Source: Escherichia phage vB_EcoM_VR20. Taken from it: a stretch of DNA of 64,000 nucleotides. The stretch lies in the sequence record NC_028894.1. One strand, given 5' to 3'. Below the pieces are notes generated by a model. The model was not told where the DNA came from. It saw only the letters and a program-made list of their open reading frames with translations, and made no database searches. Positions within the stretch are counted from its first letter, which is position 1; each line of letters begins with the position of its first letter. Shown piece by piece: positions 36,985-46,908 of this stretch. The position numbers and the translations under genes were made by a program.

Positions 36985-37032
36985 AAGCCTTGCGGCAACC
37001 TTGTCGGGGTTCCACCTGCTAGGCAAGTGTTC

Positions 37033-37416
37033 TTATCCGCGTGCGAATGCCATTGCAGCGCGTTCGTTGGCACGGTCAGTGATGTTCAAGAATTTATCAC
37101 GAGCGATTTCGATTGGAGCACCAACCCAGTCAGCAGCACCATTACCTGGGGACTGTTTAGGACGAACCATATAAGTTGAAACTTTGGAACCAGCTAGTTT
37201 AGCACCAGGTGCAGCGGCATTCTTAACGTCTTTAGCTTTGATACCAAAACCAGTTACGATGCCCCAAGAAACACCATTAACTGGTTTCTTGAACATAACA
37301 CGGTCGCCAATTGAAACACCCGCTTTTTCTGGAGCTACTAAAGAAAATTTACCGGCTTCAGTCAGCACGGATTCGGTGATGGTATTGCGATTTAAAAATT
37401 CTGCATATGTAAGCAT
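37033..37416 (-). CDS. Hypothetical protein with CTS-like N-terminus
   Basis: 127 aa; MLTYAEFLNRNTITE resembles capsid targeting sequences. Confidence 0.45.
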   Translation of the reverse strand: MLTYAEFLNRNTITESVLTEAGKFSLVAPEKAGVSIGDRVMFKKPVNGVSWGIVTGFGIKAKDVKNAAAPGAKLAGSKVSTYMVRPKQSPGNGAADWVGAPIEIARDKFLNITDRANERAAMAFARG

Positions 37417-37653
37417 TTTGTTTTTCCATTATTAGGGTTGTTGTTAATATTTATATTCCATAGTACCGGATGCACCATCCGCTCGGATTTCTCATACTAC
37501 CGGGCGCACCGCCCGCTCTGGAAAAACTCCATAAAAAGGTGCGCCGTTTCTGCTGTGATATAAGGGGACATCAACAAATCGTAAAGATTTATTAATGTCA
37601 GTCCTTAAACAGGGAACATCAGTCCGACGACTTACCGGTAGCGACCCGGTTTC
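37417..37653 (-). other. GC-rich structured intergenic segment (candidate small stable RNA)
   Basis: Hairpins CGGGCGgtgCGCCCG, CGGATGgtgCATCCG, ACCGGgtcgctaCCGGT within 240 bp lacking an ORF, adjacent to the tRNA genes. Confidence 0.3.
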
Positions 37654-37893
37654 TCATTCAATTGTAATAGCTAATTTGACTTTAACAACCTTATAATTGG
37701 AATCAAGGTCATTGAATTCCATAAAATTTGTTGCTAATCTGCGAGTCGGGAAACTTAGATATTTATTATGAGCCGGAGGAGCGGTTAATGCAAACCATGG
37801 GACTTGTTTATCATTTGCATCGAACTCGTCAAAACTATAAACCAGCTCGTTGTTGGTTATATCCATAACCGCATAGGATTCGTTAATAACCAT
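37654..37893 (-). CDS. Hypothetical protein
   Basis: 79 aa ORF downstream of tRNA-Arg. Confidence 0.4.
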   Translation of the reverse strand: MVINESYAVMDITNNELVYSFDEFDANDKQVPWFALTAPPAHNKYLSFPTRRLATNFMEFNDLDSNYKVVKVKLAITIE

Positions 37894-37910
37894 ATAATAT
37901 CCTCAGTAAT

Positions 37911-37987
37911 TGGTCGGGGTGGTGGGATTCTAACCCACAACCTACGGTTTAGAAGACCGTTGCTCTATACAATTGAGCTACACCCCG
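37911..37987 (-). tRNA. tRNA-Arg (anticodon UCU), CCA encoded
   Basis: Manual cloverleaf: acceptor CGGGGTG/CACCCCG, D-stem GCTC/GAGC, anticodon stem ACGGT/ACCGT, loop CTTCTAA, T-arm GTGGG-TTAGAAT-CCCAC. Confidence 0.8.
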
Positions 37988-37989
37988 AG

Positions 37990-38062
37990 TGGCCCCATCC
38001 GGACTTGAACCGGAAACCTGCCAGTTATGAGCCGGATGCTCTAACCAATTGAGCTACAGGGC
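37990..38062 (-). tRNA. tRNA with CAU anticodon (Met or Ile)
   Basis: Manual cloverleaf: acceptor GGCCCTG/TGGGGCC, D-arm GCTC-AATTGGTTA-GAGC, loop CTCATAA, T-arm TCCGG-TTCAAGT-CCGGA; one mismatch in anticodon stem. Confidence 0.7.
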
Positions 38063-38068
38063 CTAAAA

Positions 38069-38341
38069 TTAAATTACAAATCCAGCGGGAGCATTATCAT
38101 CTTTTGCCATGTGCTGAATTGTATGATAAGTCATTTCTTCAGGAGCAACCAGATAAGCCGCAACGTTAACTAGTGGAATTATTTTTGGTTTAGCGAATGT
38201 GCTATCGGCAATTGCCATAAAGGACTCGCCGTCGGTCTCAACTTCGCCAAATTGACATTCATATGAAATAGAACAACGTTTGGTAGTTGTTGTCTTGGTT
38301 TCCGGGTCATAAAAAGCTAATTTTAATACTAACATAAACAC
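38069..38341 (-). CDS. Hypothetical protein
   Basis: 90 aa ORF immediately upstream of tRNAs. Confidence 0.4.
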   Translation of the reverse strand: MFMLVLKLAFYDPETKTTTTKRCSISYECQFGEVETDGESFMAIADSTFAKPKIIPLVNVAAYLVAPEEMTYHTIQHMAKDDNAPAGFVI

Positions 38342-38456
38342 CTCAAATAAAATTAAGTAAAGTAAGTTTGATTAATAGCACATGCTATTATGAAAGATTC
38401 TTTGAGGGAAGAACCTTTGGTAATAGAGGGTACTTATTAATAATAACGCGTTTTTG

Positions 38457-38939
38457 TTAAAGCATATCAAGCGCTTTAACAGATGGGATTCGGATTTCTT
38501 CTTCGATTATATATAGCTTAACATAAGAAATTACACGCATGAAATCGCCATCATATTCGCAAGCCATACCTAAAAGTTCAGTCAGAGCTTCATTCAGGTA
38601 GTATTCTTCATCATCGTCATTCAACAAGGCTTCCAAATCTGCAATACCAAGAACTTTATTCAAAAATTCATAAGTCAACTGCCCAGATTTTACACCAGAT
38701 GCAATGTGGGCGATAACCAAGTGTTTAACCACATCCCATTCTGAATTACCACATTTATTGCGGTTGTTACAATGCGAACCATGGAAAAGTTCCAGGATAT
38801 ATTTGTACTGTTGGATTTCTTGTTCTTCTACGCCAAATACCATTTGGGTTTTATAGTTGTCACCATCATTTTCCCAGGTTTCAATTTCAATCGCATAACC
38901 TTTAGGGATGGTCTGACCAAATTTGATATTCATTCGCAT
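38457..38939 (-). CDS. Hypothetical acidic protein
   Basis: 160 aa ORF. Confidence 0.45.
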   Translation of the reverse strand: MRMNIKFGQTIPKGYAIEIETWENDGDNYKTQMVFGVEEQEIQQYKYILELFHGSHCNNRNKCGNSEWDVVKHLVIAHIASGVKSGQLTYEFLNKVLGIADLEALLNDDDEEYYLNEALTELLGMACEYDGDFMRVISYVKLYIIEEEIRIPSVKALDML

Positions 38940-39319
38940 GTTCCTTCATCAACAATAGTATGCGTATTGGCATTAACAATCTGCCACCAGTCAAAACGGT
39001 TGGAACCATAACAAGGCTTTTTCTCGTTTTCTTTAATGATATCGCGCAGTTCATCTTCAGTCGCAGCTTTTGCAATTAAGTCAGCATAACCGCCACGAGG
39101 ATAATAACTATCACCAGCAAAGAGCAAAAAGTTTGTTTTGATATTCTTGAATTCTTCAAGAGTAATAACTGTTCCAGATGGTTGAACAATATCTACGTAA
39201 CTATATCCTAATTTCTGGGCATTATCTACCGCTTCAAGCAGGGTGTCATGTGCCCACCCAATTTGGCACTCTGGCTTTTCAGATGGATTGGCCTGATAAT
39301 CCGCATACACTTTATACAT
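38930..39319 (-). CDS. Hypothetical protein
   Basis: 129 aa from internal Met MYKVYADYQ with AAGGTGAG SD. Confidence 0.45.
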   Translation of the reverse strand: MYKVYADYQANPSEKPECQIGWAHDTLLEAVDNAQKLGYSYVDIVQPSGTVITLEEFKNIKTNFLLFAGDSYYPRGGYADLIAKAATEDELRDIIKENEKKPCYGSNRFDWWQIVNANTHTIVDEGTCE

Positions 39320-39320
39320 T

Positions 39321-39506
39321 TTACTCACCTTTAGACATTTTATCCATAACGAAAGAGATTGAACCAATTAAGAATGCAACTACTAAAGAGATTATATTCT
39401 CAGAAGTTGAAAGCATATTCAACATAAAGCCAGCGAACATGCTAAAACCAAAAGCGGTAACAGCAACAAAGGCAGTAACATTTCTAATTAATTCGCAACG
39501 TTTCAT
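39321..39506 (-). CDS. Small membrane protein
   Basis: 61 aa; two hydrophobic segments; class I promoter cassette upstream. Confidence 0.4.
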   Translation of the reverse strand: MKRCELIRNVTAFVAVTAFGFSMFAGFMLNMLSTSENIISLVVAFLIGSISFVMDKMSKGE

Positions 39507-39514
39507 TTTATTCT

Positions 39515-39570
39515 CCTCATTAGTTGATGGGATAATTATACACTATCCCATATCTAAAAGTACACTTATT
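39515..39570 (-). promoter_or_regulatory. Class I early-promoter/leader cassette
   Basis: GTGTAC-~18bp-TGTATAATTATCCCATCAACTAATGAGGAGAA; IR TGGGATAG..TATCCCA. Confidence 0.5.
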
Positions 39571-39799
39571 TTTTACGGAAAATTGATTTATACTGTTTAG
39601 CCCATTTCTCGATAACTTCTGCTGGACCCTGGATAACAAAATAGTCCCCAAACTCTTCACCGCCGAGCTGACCGTAATTATCTAAGGCGTCGCGGAGAGT
39701 TCCATAAGGCATTTCGCCCATTTTATCTTTCTTGCCGGTGTAAATGAATTGCACTTTAACATCAGCAGTTTCATTAATAAATTCTTGATAAGTTTTCAT
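39566..39799 (-). CDS. Internal-protein-like ORF with capsid targeting sequence
   Basis: 77 aa; MKTYQEFINETADV. Confidence 0.55.
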   Translation of the reverse strand: MKTYQEFINETADVKVQFIYTGKKDKMGEMPYGTLRDALDNYGQLGGEEFGDYFVIQGPAEVIEKWAKQYKSIFRKK

Positions 39800-39804
39800 G
39801 TTGT

Positions 39805-39860
39805 CTCCAGTAGTTGATGGGATAATTATACTGCAGTTATCCCATCACGTACACTAAATT
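39805..39860 (-). promoter_or_regulatory. Class I early-promoter/leader cassette
   Basis: GTGTAC...GATGGGATAACTGCAGTATAATTATCCCATCAACTACTGGAGACAAC-ATG. Confidence 0.5.
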
Positions 39861-40132
39861 TTTGTATATTGTCCAGCTTTAACTTTTTTCAGTTCACGAG
39901 GGCTTACCGCGTAAGTGAATGGAGCATTCCAGGAAGAACTGACTTTGTAACCTTTAGTCAACATCATTGCTGAAACTTTCTTGTTATCAGGACCGTTTTC
40001 GCCTTTAACAAGAAACAACTCAAATGCGCCACCATCAACCGGTTTGGCCTTAACCATCAGATGTCCTTTCAGGTCTTCCAGCATATCCGGGTGACTAATT
40101 GATTCGTTAATAAATTCTTGATAAGTTTTCAT
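39854..40132 (-). CDS. Internal-protein-like ORF with capsid targeting sequence
   Basis: 92 aa; MKTYQEFINESISHPDMLE. Confidence 0.55.
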   Translation of the reverse strand: MKTYQEFINESISHPDMLEDLKGHLMVKAKPVDGGAFELFLVKGENGPDNKKVSAMMLTKGYKVSSSWNAPFTYAVSPRELKKVKAGQYTKI

Positions 40133-40144
40133 TAGTAGCTCCAG

Positions 40145-40195
40145 TAGTTGATGGGATAATTATACTGCATTTATCCCATCGTGTACATTACATTT
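40145..40195 (-). promoter_or_regulatory. Class I early-promoter/leader cassette
   Basis: TGTACA...GATGGGATAAATGCAGTATAATTATCCCATCAACTACTGGAG. Confidence 0.5.
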
Positions 40196-40487
40196 TTGAA
40201 CCGCGAATCACGCCATAAGCTGCGAAGTCGTCAGTGATGTTCTTAGGGGTGTTTTTACCAGTTTCAATATATGCGATGCTGGATTTCTGACCAAATGAGG
40301 TAATTTTATTATAGTTAGAGTCAAGGAAAGTATAACCATTTTTACGCAGCTGGTCAAAGTCTTCAGCGTCGCCTTTACCTTTGAAGTCAACCCATTTGTA
40401 TGTGTTTTTCTTCTGAAGGCCCAGAGGCCAGGTTTTTGCTTCTGCCAGGTAATTATTTTCTACCAAAAATTCGTGGAGCGTTTGCAT
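40188..40487 (-). CDS. Internal-protein-like ORF with CTS-like N-terminus
   Basis: 99 aa; MQTLHEFLVENNYLAE. Confidence 0.45.
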   Translation of the reverse strand: MQTLHEFLVENNYLAEAKTWPLGLQKKNTYKWVDFKGKGDAEDFDQLRKNGYTFLDSNYNKITSFGQKSSIAYIETGKNTPKNITDDFAAYGVIRGSKM

Positions 40488-40495
40488 TTGAAATC

Positions 40496-40768
40496 CTATT
40501 TTAGATAAATTGCATATTTTTTATAACCAGCTGTCTCATGGCGGAGACCCTTGTCATTGGCAAAACGCTCAATGTTGTTGATTTGGTTCTGGTCAAGTTC
40601 AGAGATGTCAAACGCGAAAAAGTTGCGTTTGTTACCAATTGTTATATGGTCAGTTAAGTCAATGCTATACAAGTGATTGATATTGTCAATCATAGCTTTG
40701 ACTGCTTTACTAATTTTTACTTCTTCATTCAGTTGGGACTCGTTGAAAAGTTCATTAAAAGTTTTCAT
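40496..40768 (-). CDS. Internal-protein-like ORF with CTS-like N-terminus
   Basis: 90 aa; MKTFNELFNESQLNE. Confidence 0.45.
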   Translation of the reverse strand: MKTFNELFNESQLNEEVKISKAVKAMIDNINHLYSIDLTDHITIGNKRNFFAFDISELDQNQINNIERFANDKGLRHETAGYKKYAIYLK

Positions 40769-40776
40769 AAGAAACC

Positions 40777-41109
40777 TTATTTATACAGTTTAGCTAGTTC
40801 TTTACGTCCGCGAGCAGACATAATGAATTGTTCATCACCAATTTTGAAATAAGCCATACCGCCGTCAACAGCGATGCCAATTTCTTTAGTACCTTCTTTG
40901 CCTTTCCACTTACCACCAGATTTCAGGACAGCTTCAACTGCAGCTTTGGAATATTTGGACGTTTGAAAACGTTCATTACCAATCTGAAAGAAAACACCAT
41001 CTGCATTTTTGGATAAACCAAATTTCAGAGAGCCTTCACTATCATCAATTGATTTGGTCTCATTGATGGCGGATTCGGCTAAAAACTCGTTGTAAGTTTT
41101 GATGTTCAT
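40777..41109 (-). CDS. Internal-protein-like ORF with CTS-like N-terminus (ipI position)
   Basis: 110 aa; MNIKTYNEFLAESAINE; directly upstream of 57B. Confidence 0.5.
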   Translation of the reverse strand: MNIKTYNEFLAESAINETKSIDDSEGSLKFGLSKNADGVFFQIGNERFQTSKYSKAAVEAVLKSGGKWKGKEGTKEIGIAVDGGMAYFKIGDEQFIMSARGRKELAKLYK

Positions 41110-41165
41110 TTTAACTCCGTTTGTTCATTGGTGTAGGAACATAATACTGCACCTACACTCATTTG
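41110..41165 (-). promoter_or_regulatory. Promoter-like element with inverted repeat around -10
   Basis: TGTACA...GTGTAGGtgcagtattatgttCCTACAC upstream of the ipI-position gene. Confidence 0.4.
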
Positions 41166-41169
41166 TACA

Positions 41170-41854
<685 letters not shown>

Positions 41855-41855
<1 letters not shown>

Positions 41856-42532
41856 TATAGTACCTTATTAATTTTATCAAAAAGTTCATCGAGTGTGCCA
41901 TCGTTTTTAATAACAATGTCACTAGCTAGTGGTGGAAGTCCAGCTTCCGTAATGTGTGTATCAGTAGAATGATTTGCTTCATCGCGTTCTACAAAGATTA
42001 TTGTAGCACCCATCGCCCGAAGCGAATCAAGTTCGTTCTTTTGGCGAACATCCGGGACAACGTAATATTTATATCCAGAATAGAGGTTGTCAAGATAGTC
42101 GCATGCAAAAGTTTTAATCCAAAACATGCTGTCGAACTCTGTACAAACGATGTCAGTTCCAAGGGTCTGCATGAAACGTCTAACTGTCCAGGGCTCAACA
42201 TTATTTAGTGTGTGAAATTCAATAATTTTACGAACCATATCTGGATTCGGAAGGTCAAGATTGTATTGTTGTTTCAACCATTCAAGAGCATCAACCAGAA
42301 GAATATAAGCTTCGGTGTTGTTCATTATCAAGGTTTTTTCACGGTCATAACCTTGTCCATCAAAATTTTCCAGGGTCAAATTGTGTGGTAGGTCTTGACG
42401 AATCCACGCTTTATAAAGCGCTTCTTTAATCGGACCCGCAAGCTGCCACTTTGTTCCGTTTTGACTAATAACATAATCAGCAGTCGTATCTTTACCACTG
42501 CGTTTTTTACCCACAATCGCAATTAATTTCAT
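41855..42532 (-). CDS. 1: Deoxynucleoside monophosphate kinase gp1
   Basis: 225 aa; P-loop IAIVGKKRSGKDTTADYV. Confidence 0.8.
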
Positions 42533-43128
42533 ACGTTTCTCATAGATGGATGCATTGACTTAGACCTGATTTCCTGTTGCATTGCTGCATTACTATCAAT
42601 CTGTGGTCTACCTTCTATTATTATACCATCAATTTCTACAGCAAAAGACTTAAAGTTAAAAGTTGCTGTTGCATTGATAGCCGGGTCAGAATCTTCTTTA
42701 TATGAATACTGAATCTCTGACAGGTCGGACGGCCATGCTCCATAGTAATGGATTGACATGACAATTTTGTCCTTGTTGTTATCTAAGATATGAAGCGTGA
42801 CCGCTTCGGGACGACCCTTTGGATGCCATGCTTTTGATTCGTGTGTGATGTAGTTGTTGAGCGAGAGCATCCATTTATAGATATCAAGCCATGCTCTTAG
42901 GTCTTTGTCACACAGAAAGTTAACAATCAGCGGGTCGAATTCTATTGTACTACCAGGAAGACTGGAGCGATTTATACCTTGTGTCCCCCCGGGGACATCC
43001 GTCACAGGAATGTGAACTCCTGGGAGGGTAACATCTTGAACGTTGAGTTTAAAGGTCTGTGTGAGGTTTGAATCGCTTACCTCTAATATAAAGTTAGTCG
43101 TGTTAGTTTGATTATATAAACCTGACAT
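42529..43128 (-). CDS. 3: Tail completion / sheath stabiliser protein gp3
   Basis: 199 aa from internal Met MSGLYNQ; synteny 1-3-2-4. Confidence 0.65.
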   Translation of the reverse strand: MSGLYNQTNTTNFILEVSDSNLTQTFKLNVQDVTLPGVHIPVTDVPGGTQGINRSSLPGSTIEFDPLIVNFLCDKDLRAWLDIYKWMLSLNNYITHESKAWHPKGRPEAVTLHILDNNKDKIVMSIHYYGAWPSDLSEIQYSYKEDSDPAINATATFNFKSFAVEIDGIIIEGRPQIDSNAAMQQEIRSKSMHPSMRNV

Positions 43129-43213
43129 AGTGCACCTTGTTTGCTTTAAAACAATCAGTGTTATAATGGTTCTAGACCTTTTGTCCTTACCAATAACACT
43201 GACCGATAATAGA

Positions 43214-44047
43214 TTATGAATTTCTCCATACTTTCTGAGAAGAGAATCTTTTGCCTTTCGACATAAATTGTTGCAACGGAAGCATAACAACATTTGCCCA
43301 GTCGCTGGGCTTGATTTCAGTAATAGTACCTTTTATATTGCCAGGTATATATGCTTTAATCATCTGGTCAGCCCCTTTAAATCCCTTCACCTTTGACCAA
43401 TCAATTTTCAGATGAGTCTTGTTCGTAATCGTAGGAGTATTAGCATATTGCTTAAGAAGTTCCTCAAGGAACTCTTGACGCGCCTTCGGTGGAATATAGT
43501 GCAAGTTCAAACCATACATCAAATTGTGCTTACCTAGCCCAAGATAAATGATTAACGGATATTTGTCCCAGTACGGAAGAGTATCCTTATGCTTTGCATC
43601 ATAGATATAAGCATAAATCTTACCTGGTTGAGGTTTAGCCGTTACGTGACCGCGAACTGATTTCTTAATTGTCTCGGCGAACCATCTGGCAGATTTGGTG
43701 TTGCTTGCTGCACCTTCGTTAGCAATCTTATCTCTTATGCTCTTCCTAAAGCTATTCACCATTATCAGCTGGCGTTCAGCCTTCGTAAGTTTACCAGCAG
43801 GTTTCTTTTTGAGCTTGGATACTTTATAAGCAGTCTGAATTCTCGAATGGTATCTTGACATGCTTTTGGTAAAGGTCGAATAGTTGATTCCTTTCTCTTC
43901 AGCAAACTTCTTCGAGGTCATTCCCTTTTCTTTTGCTGTATAAAATTCAACCCCTATCTCAACCCATTGTTGTTCGGATTTACTGGGTTTCGGACCTGGT
44001 TTATCTGCAGATTCATTGATAAATGTAAAAATACTCATCCTTTCCAT
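43214..44047 (-). CDS. 2: DNA end protector protein gp2
   Basis: 277 aa basic protein; synteny and size as T4 gp2. Confidence 0.7.
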   Translation of the reverse strand: MERMSIFTFINESADKPGPKPSKSEQQWVEIGVEFYTAKEKGMTSKKFAEEKGINYSTFTKSMSRYHSRIQTAYKVSKLKKKPAGKLTKAERQLIMVNSFRKSIRDKIANEGAASNTKSARWFAETIKKSVRGHVTAKPQPGKIYAYIYDAKHKDTLPYWDKYPLIIYLGLGKHNLMYGLNLHYIPPKARQEFLEELLKQYANTPTITNKTHLKIDWSKVKGFKGADQMIKAYIPGNIKGTITEIKPSDWANVVMLPLQQFMSKGKRFSSQKVWRNS

Positions 44048-44484
44048 CCTAATTTTTTCAGTGAGTTTTCAGTGATTATCCTGAACGTTATACCCATCTT
44101 ATCCGCGGTAGCTTGCGCAGCTTTCCATTTGTCAGAGTTAACGCTCCAGGTGTACATCTCATTAATAAATCTCTTTTTACTCGCAGTGGTATTATTAACC
44201 GGTTTGGTTGGGGGTCTTGTTTCTTTTAATGGTTTAACTTCGAAAAAGAACTGTTGCCCCGTATCGAACTTAACCCAGAAATCCATATAATATCTGCGTT
44301 TTTTCCCTTCAGCGTTGCAGAAGTATGGAATAATCACAGTCTCAGAGCCCCATTGAACAACGTTCGGATGGTTGTCGAGCCATCTCATCAACCACGCCTC
44401 CCAGCTTGACCGGTATTGTATTTTCTTCCAGTCGCCCTTATATTTTTCTATATTGGTGGGCTTAAATTTCCCGGAGTATGCCAT
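44035..44484 (-). CDS. 4: Head completion protein gp4
   Basis: 149 aa; synteny and size as T4 gp4; late promoter upstream. Confidence 0.7.
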   Translation of the reverse strand: MAYSGKFKPTNIEKYKGDWKKIQYRSSWEAWLMRWLDNHPNVVQWGSETVIIPYFCNAEGKKRRYYMDFWVKFDTGQQFFFEVKPLKETRPPTKPVNNTTASKKRFINEMYTWSVNSDKWKAAQATADKMGITFRIITENSLKKLGWKG

Positions 44485-44512
44485 ATAGCCTCCTAATAAA
44501 TATTGATATACT

Positions 44513-44520
44513 TATTTATA
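44513..44520 (-). promoter_or_regulatory. T4-type late promoter TATAAATA for gene 4
   Basis: Palindromic TATTTATAAATG in the divergent 4/53 intergenic region; minus-strand TATAAATA ~28 nt upstream of gene 4 ATG. Confidence 0.5.
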
Positions 44521-44532
44521 AATGGAGGCTTT

Positions 44533-45135
44533 ATGCTTTTTTCATTTTTTAACCCAATTGATTATGATGCGAAAACAATCAGAAAAAACTCGGCATCATT
44601 GACGAAAGAAGACGTCTTAAGCATTCCAATGACTGACATCTTCAGAAACTACCGCGCTTATTTCGATAAGGTCGCTGCTAATTATACACCCAAAACCTAT
44701 TACATTGCAGGAGCTCCGAGACCCGAAGAATTGTCATATCAGCTCTATGGGAACACGCAGCTCTATTGGGTTCTCCTGATGATTAATGACATCTATGACC
44801 CTTATTATGGTTGGCTTGGTTCTCAGGAATCATCCTATCAGGCATCTATTCAGAAATATTCGAATGTCGGTGGTAACCAGGTCCTTTATCATGTGAATGA
44901 AGATGGTGAAAAGTTCTGGAACCTTGTATCTTACCCTGATAATCCATACACCTGGTACGATAAAGGTGACCGCAACAGATTATATCCGCAATACGAAGGC
45001 CCATTGGCTGCAGTGGATATCTATGAAGATGCTATCCGTAAAAATGAATACAAACGCGAAATAAAAATAATTGACCCAGAAGATATTGAGTCATTTATTT
45101 CTGCGCTTATCCGTGAAATGGAGAAGGCTCTATGA
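44533..45135 (+). CDS. 53: Baseplate wedge protein gp53
   Basis: 200 aa from MLFSFFNPIDYD with GGAGG SD; synteny upstream of gene 5. Confidence 0.75.
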   Translation: MLFSFFNPIDYDAKTIRKNSASLTKEDVLSIPMTDIFRNYRAYFDKVAANYTPKTYYIAGAPRPEELSYQLYGNTQLYWVLLMINDIYDPYYGWLGSQESSYQASIQKYSNVGGNQVLYHVNEDGEKFWNLVSYPDNPYTWYDKGDRNRLYPQYEGPLAAVDIYEDAIRKNEYKREIKIIDPEDIESFISALIREMEKAL

Positions 45136-46874
45136 TTAATATGTCAGATAATGTAAGTTGGTTCGTCGGGGTTGTCGAAGACCGAATGGACCCACTTCAG
45201 CAAGGTCGTGTTCGTGTTCGTGTATGGGGTATGCATCCATATGAGAAAGCACAAGGGCCTGTTAAAGGTATCAGAACCGAAGACCTTCCTTGGATGTCTG
45301 TATTGATGCCGACATCATCTGCATCAGTTTCTGGGATTCAAACTGCCATGACTGGTATGGTCCCAGGTACTCAAGTATATGGTCACTTTTTAGACAAGTG
45401 GAAGCTCAACGGTCTTGTTATTGGTACGTATGGTTCAGCCTCAAGACAAAAAGCAAATCCTAACGAAGGTTTCTCTGACCCCACAGGGCAATACCCACTT
45501 TATGTTGGTAATGATGCGGCGGCGCTTAACCGTGGCGGTGAAGTCGGTTATGATGCAACTTCGAACGTAATTCAGGATGCAAACCTTGACCTTGGTATTA
45601 ACCCCGATGGCCTTGATCTGAGTCAGGTTAAACCGGATGATAATCCTAATTTCACAATTGAAAATATGCTCCACCGTGATGAAGGTCTTCGACTGAAGGT
45701 ATATTGGGACACCGAAGGTTATCCTACTATAGGTATAGGGCACTTAATTGCACCACAACCTATTAGAGATATGAATCAGATAAACAAAATATTATCTAAT
45801 CAAATAGGCCGTGAAGTTAAAGGTAACCCTGGTGCAATATCAATGGACGAGGCTTCTAAGTTATTTCAAGAAGACCTTAAAAAAGTTCAAAACGATATAG
45901 GTAGGCATAGCGTTGTGGGCCCGGTTTATAATAAAGAAAACCGTTCGAGACAAATGGCTCTTGAAAACATGGCTTTCCAAATGGGATTAGGCGGATTGGC
46001 TAAATTCCGTGGAATGCTTAGCGCAATGTTAGTAGGTGATTATAAAAAGGCATTTGAGGAAGCTCGTAATTCAGTATGGTTTAACCAAACTAAAGGGCGT
46101 GCATCAAGGGTATCAATGATTATCCTTACGGGTAATATGGAATCATACGGTATTATGGCCCCAAAAGAAAGAGAATTTAAAGGGCGTTCGTATAGGATGA
46201 TTCAAACCTTTGCGGCTCCTACAAATTCTGACCCAGCCGACCCGTGGACTCCAGAAGATACAAGGATTCTATTTAAAGAGCCAGAATCAAGTTACAAGGG
46301 CGAATATCCTTATGTGCAGACAATGCAAACCGAAGGCGGGCATGTACAGGAATTCGATAACACCCCAGGGCAAGAACGTTATCGACTGATTCATCCGACC
46401 GGTTCCTATGAGGAAGTTGCACCAGATGGTCGTAAGACTTCGAAGACAGTGGCTGATGGTTATTATATGACCCAGGGCGATTCGAGTACTTACGTTGGTG
46501 GTAATAATAAAGTCAACGTTGGTGGTGATGAAACCTATTATAATATGGCTAATGTTCGTCGTCAGACCGATGGAAACGAAACCATCCATATTCGTGGTAA
46601 CGAAGAGAAAACTGTAGAAGGTAATGGGACTCTTCGTGTTAAAGGCAACGTTACTGTTATTGTTGAAGGAAATGCTGACGTTACTGTTAAGGGGGATGCG
46701 ACTACAATGGTAGAAGGCAACGAAACTCGCACAACTAATGGTAATTTAAATTGGACTGTAAATGGTACCGTATCGTGGACTTGTGCAGGTGCTTGGTCCG
46801 AGACTATGGCTTCAATGAGTTCTATTGCATCAGGTCAATATACTATTGATGGTTCGAGGATTGACATTGGCTAA
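45132..46874 (+). CDS. 5: Baseplate hub subunit and tail lysozyme gp5
   Basis: 580 aa; lysozyme motif DTEGYPTIGIGHL; C-terminal VxGxxxxx beta-helix repeats. Confidence 0.9.
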   Translation: MINMSDNVSWFVGVVEDRMDPLQQGRVRVRVWGMHPYEKAQGPVKGIRTEDLPWMSVLMPTSSASVSGIQTAMTGMVPGTQVYGHFLDKWKLNGLVIGTYGSASRQKANPNEGFSDPTGQYPLYVGNDAAALNRGGEVGYDATSNVIQDANLDLGINPDGLDLSQVKPDDNPNFTIENMLHRDEGLRLKVYWDTEGYPTIGIGHLIAPQPIRDMNQINKILSNQIGREVKGNPGAISMDEASKLFQEDLKKVQNDIGRHSVVGPVYNKENRSRQMALENMAFQMGLGGLAKFRGMLSAMLVGDYKKAFEEARNSVWFNQTKGRASRVSMIILTGNMESYGIMAPKEREFKGRSYRMIQTFAAPTNSDPADPWTPEDTRILFKEPESSYKGEYPYVQTMQTEGGHVQEFDNTPGQERYRLIHPTGSYEEVAPDGRKTSKTVADGYYMTQGDSSTYVGGNNKVNVGGDETYYNMANVRRQTDGNETIHIRGNEEKTVEGNGTLRVKGNVTVIVEGNADVTVKGDATTMVEGNETRTTNGNLNWTVNGTVSWTCAGAWSETMASMSSIASGQYTIDGSRIDIG

Positions 46875-46908
46875 TATACTTCCAATGAGCACTGACTTAG
46901 GAGACTCC

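Noticed and set aside
36819-37073. 84 aa minus-strand ORF spanning the terminator and late promoter upstream of 36368..36922
   Set aside because: Overlaps regulatory hairpins and the end of 37033..37416; translation is Gly/Pro/Leu-rich without SD support.
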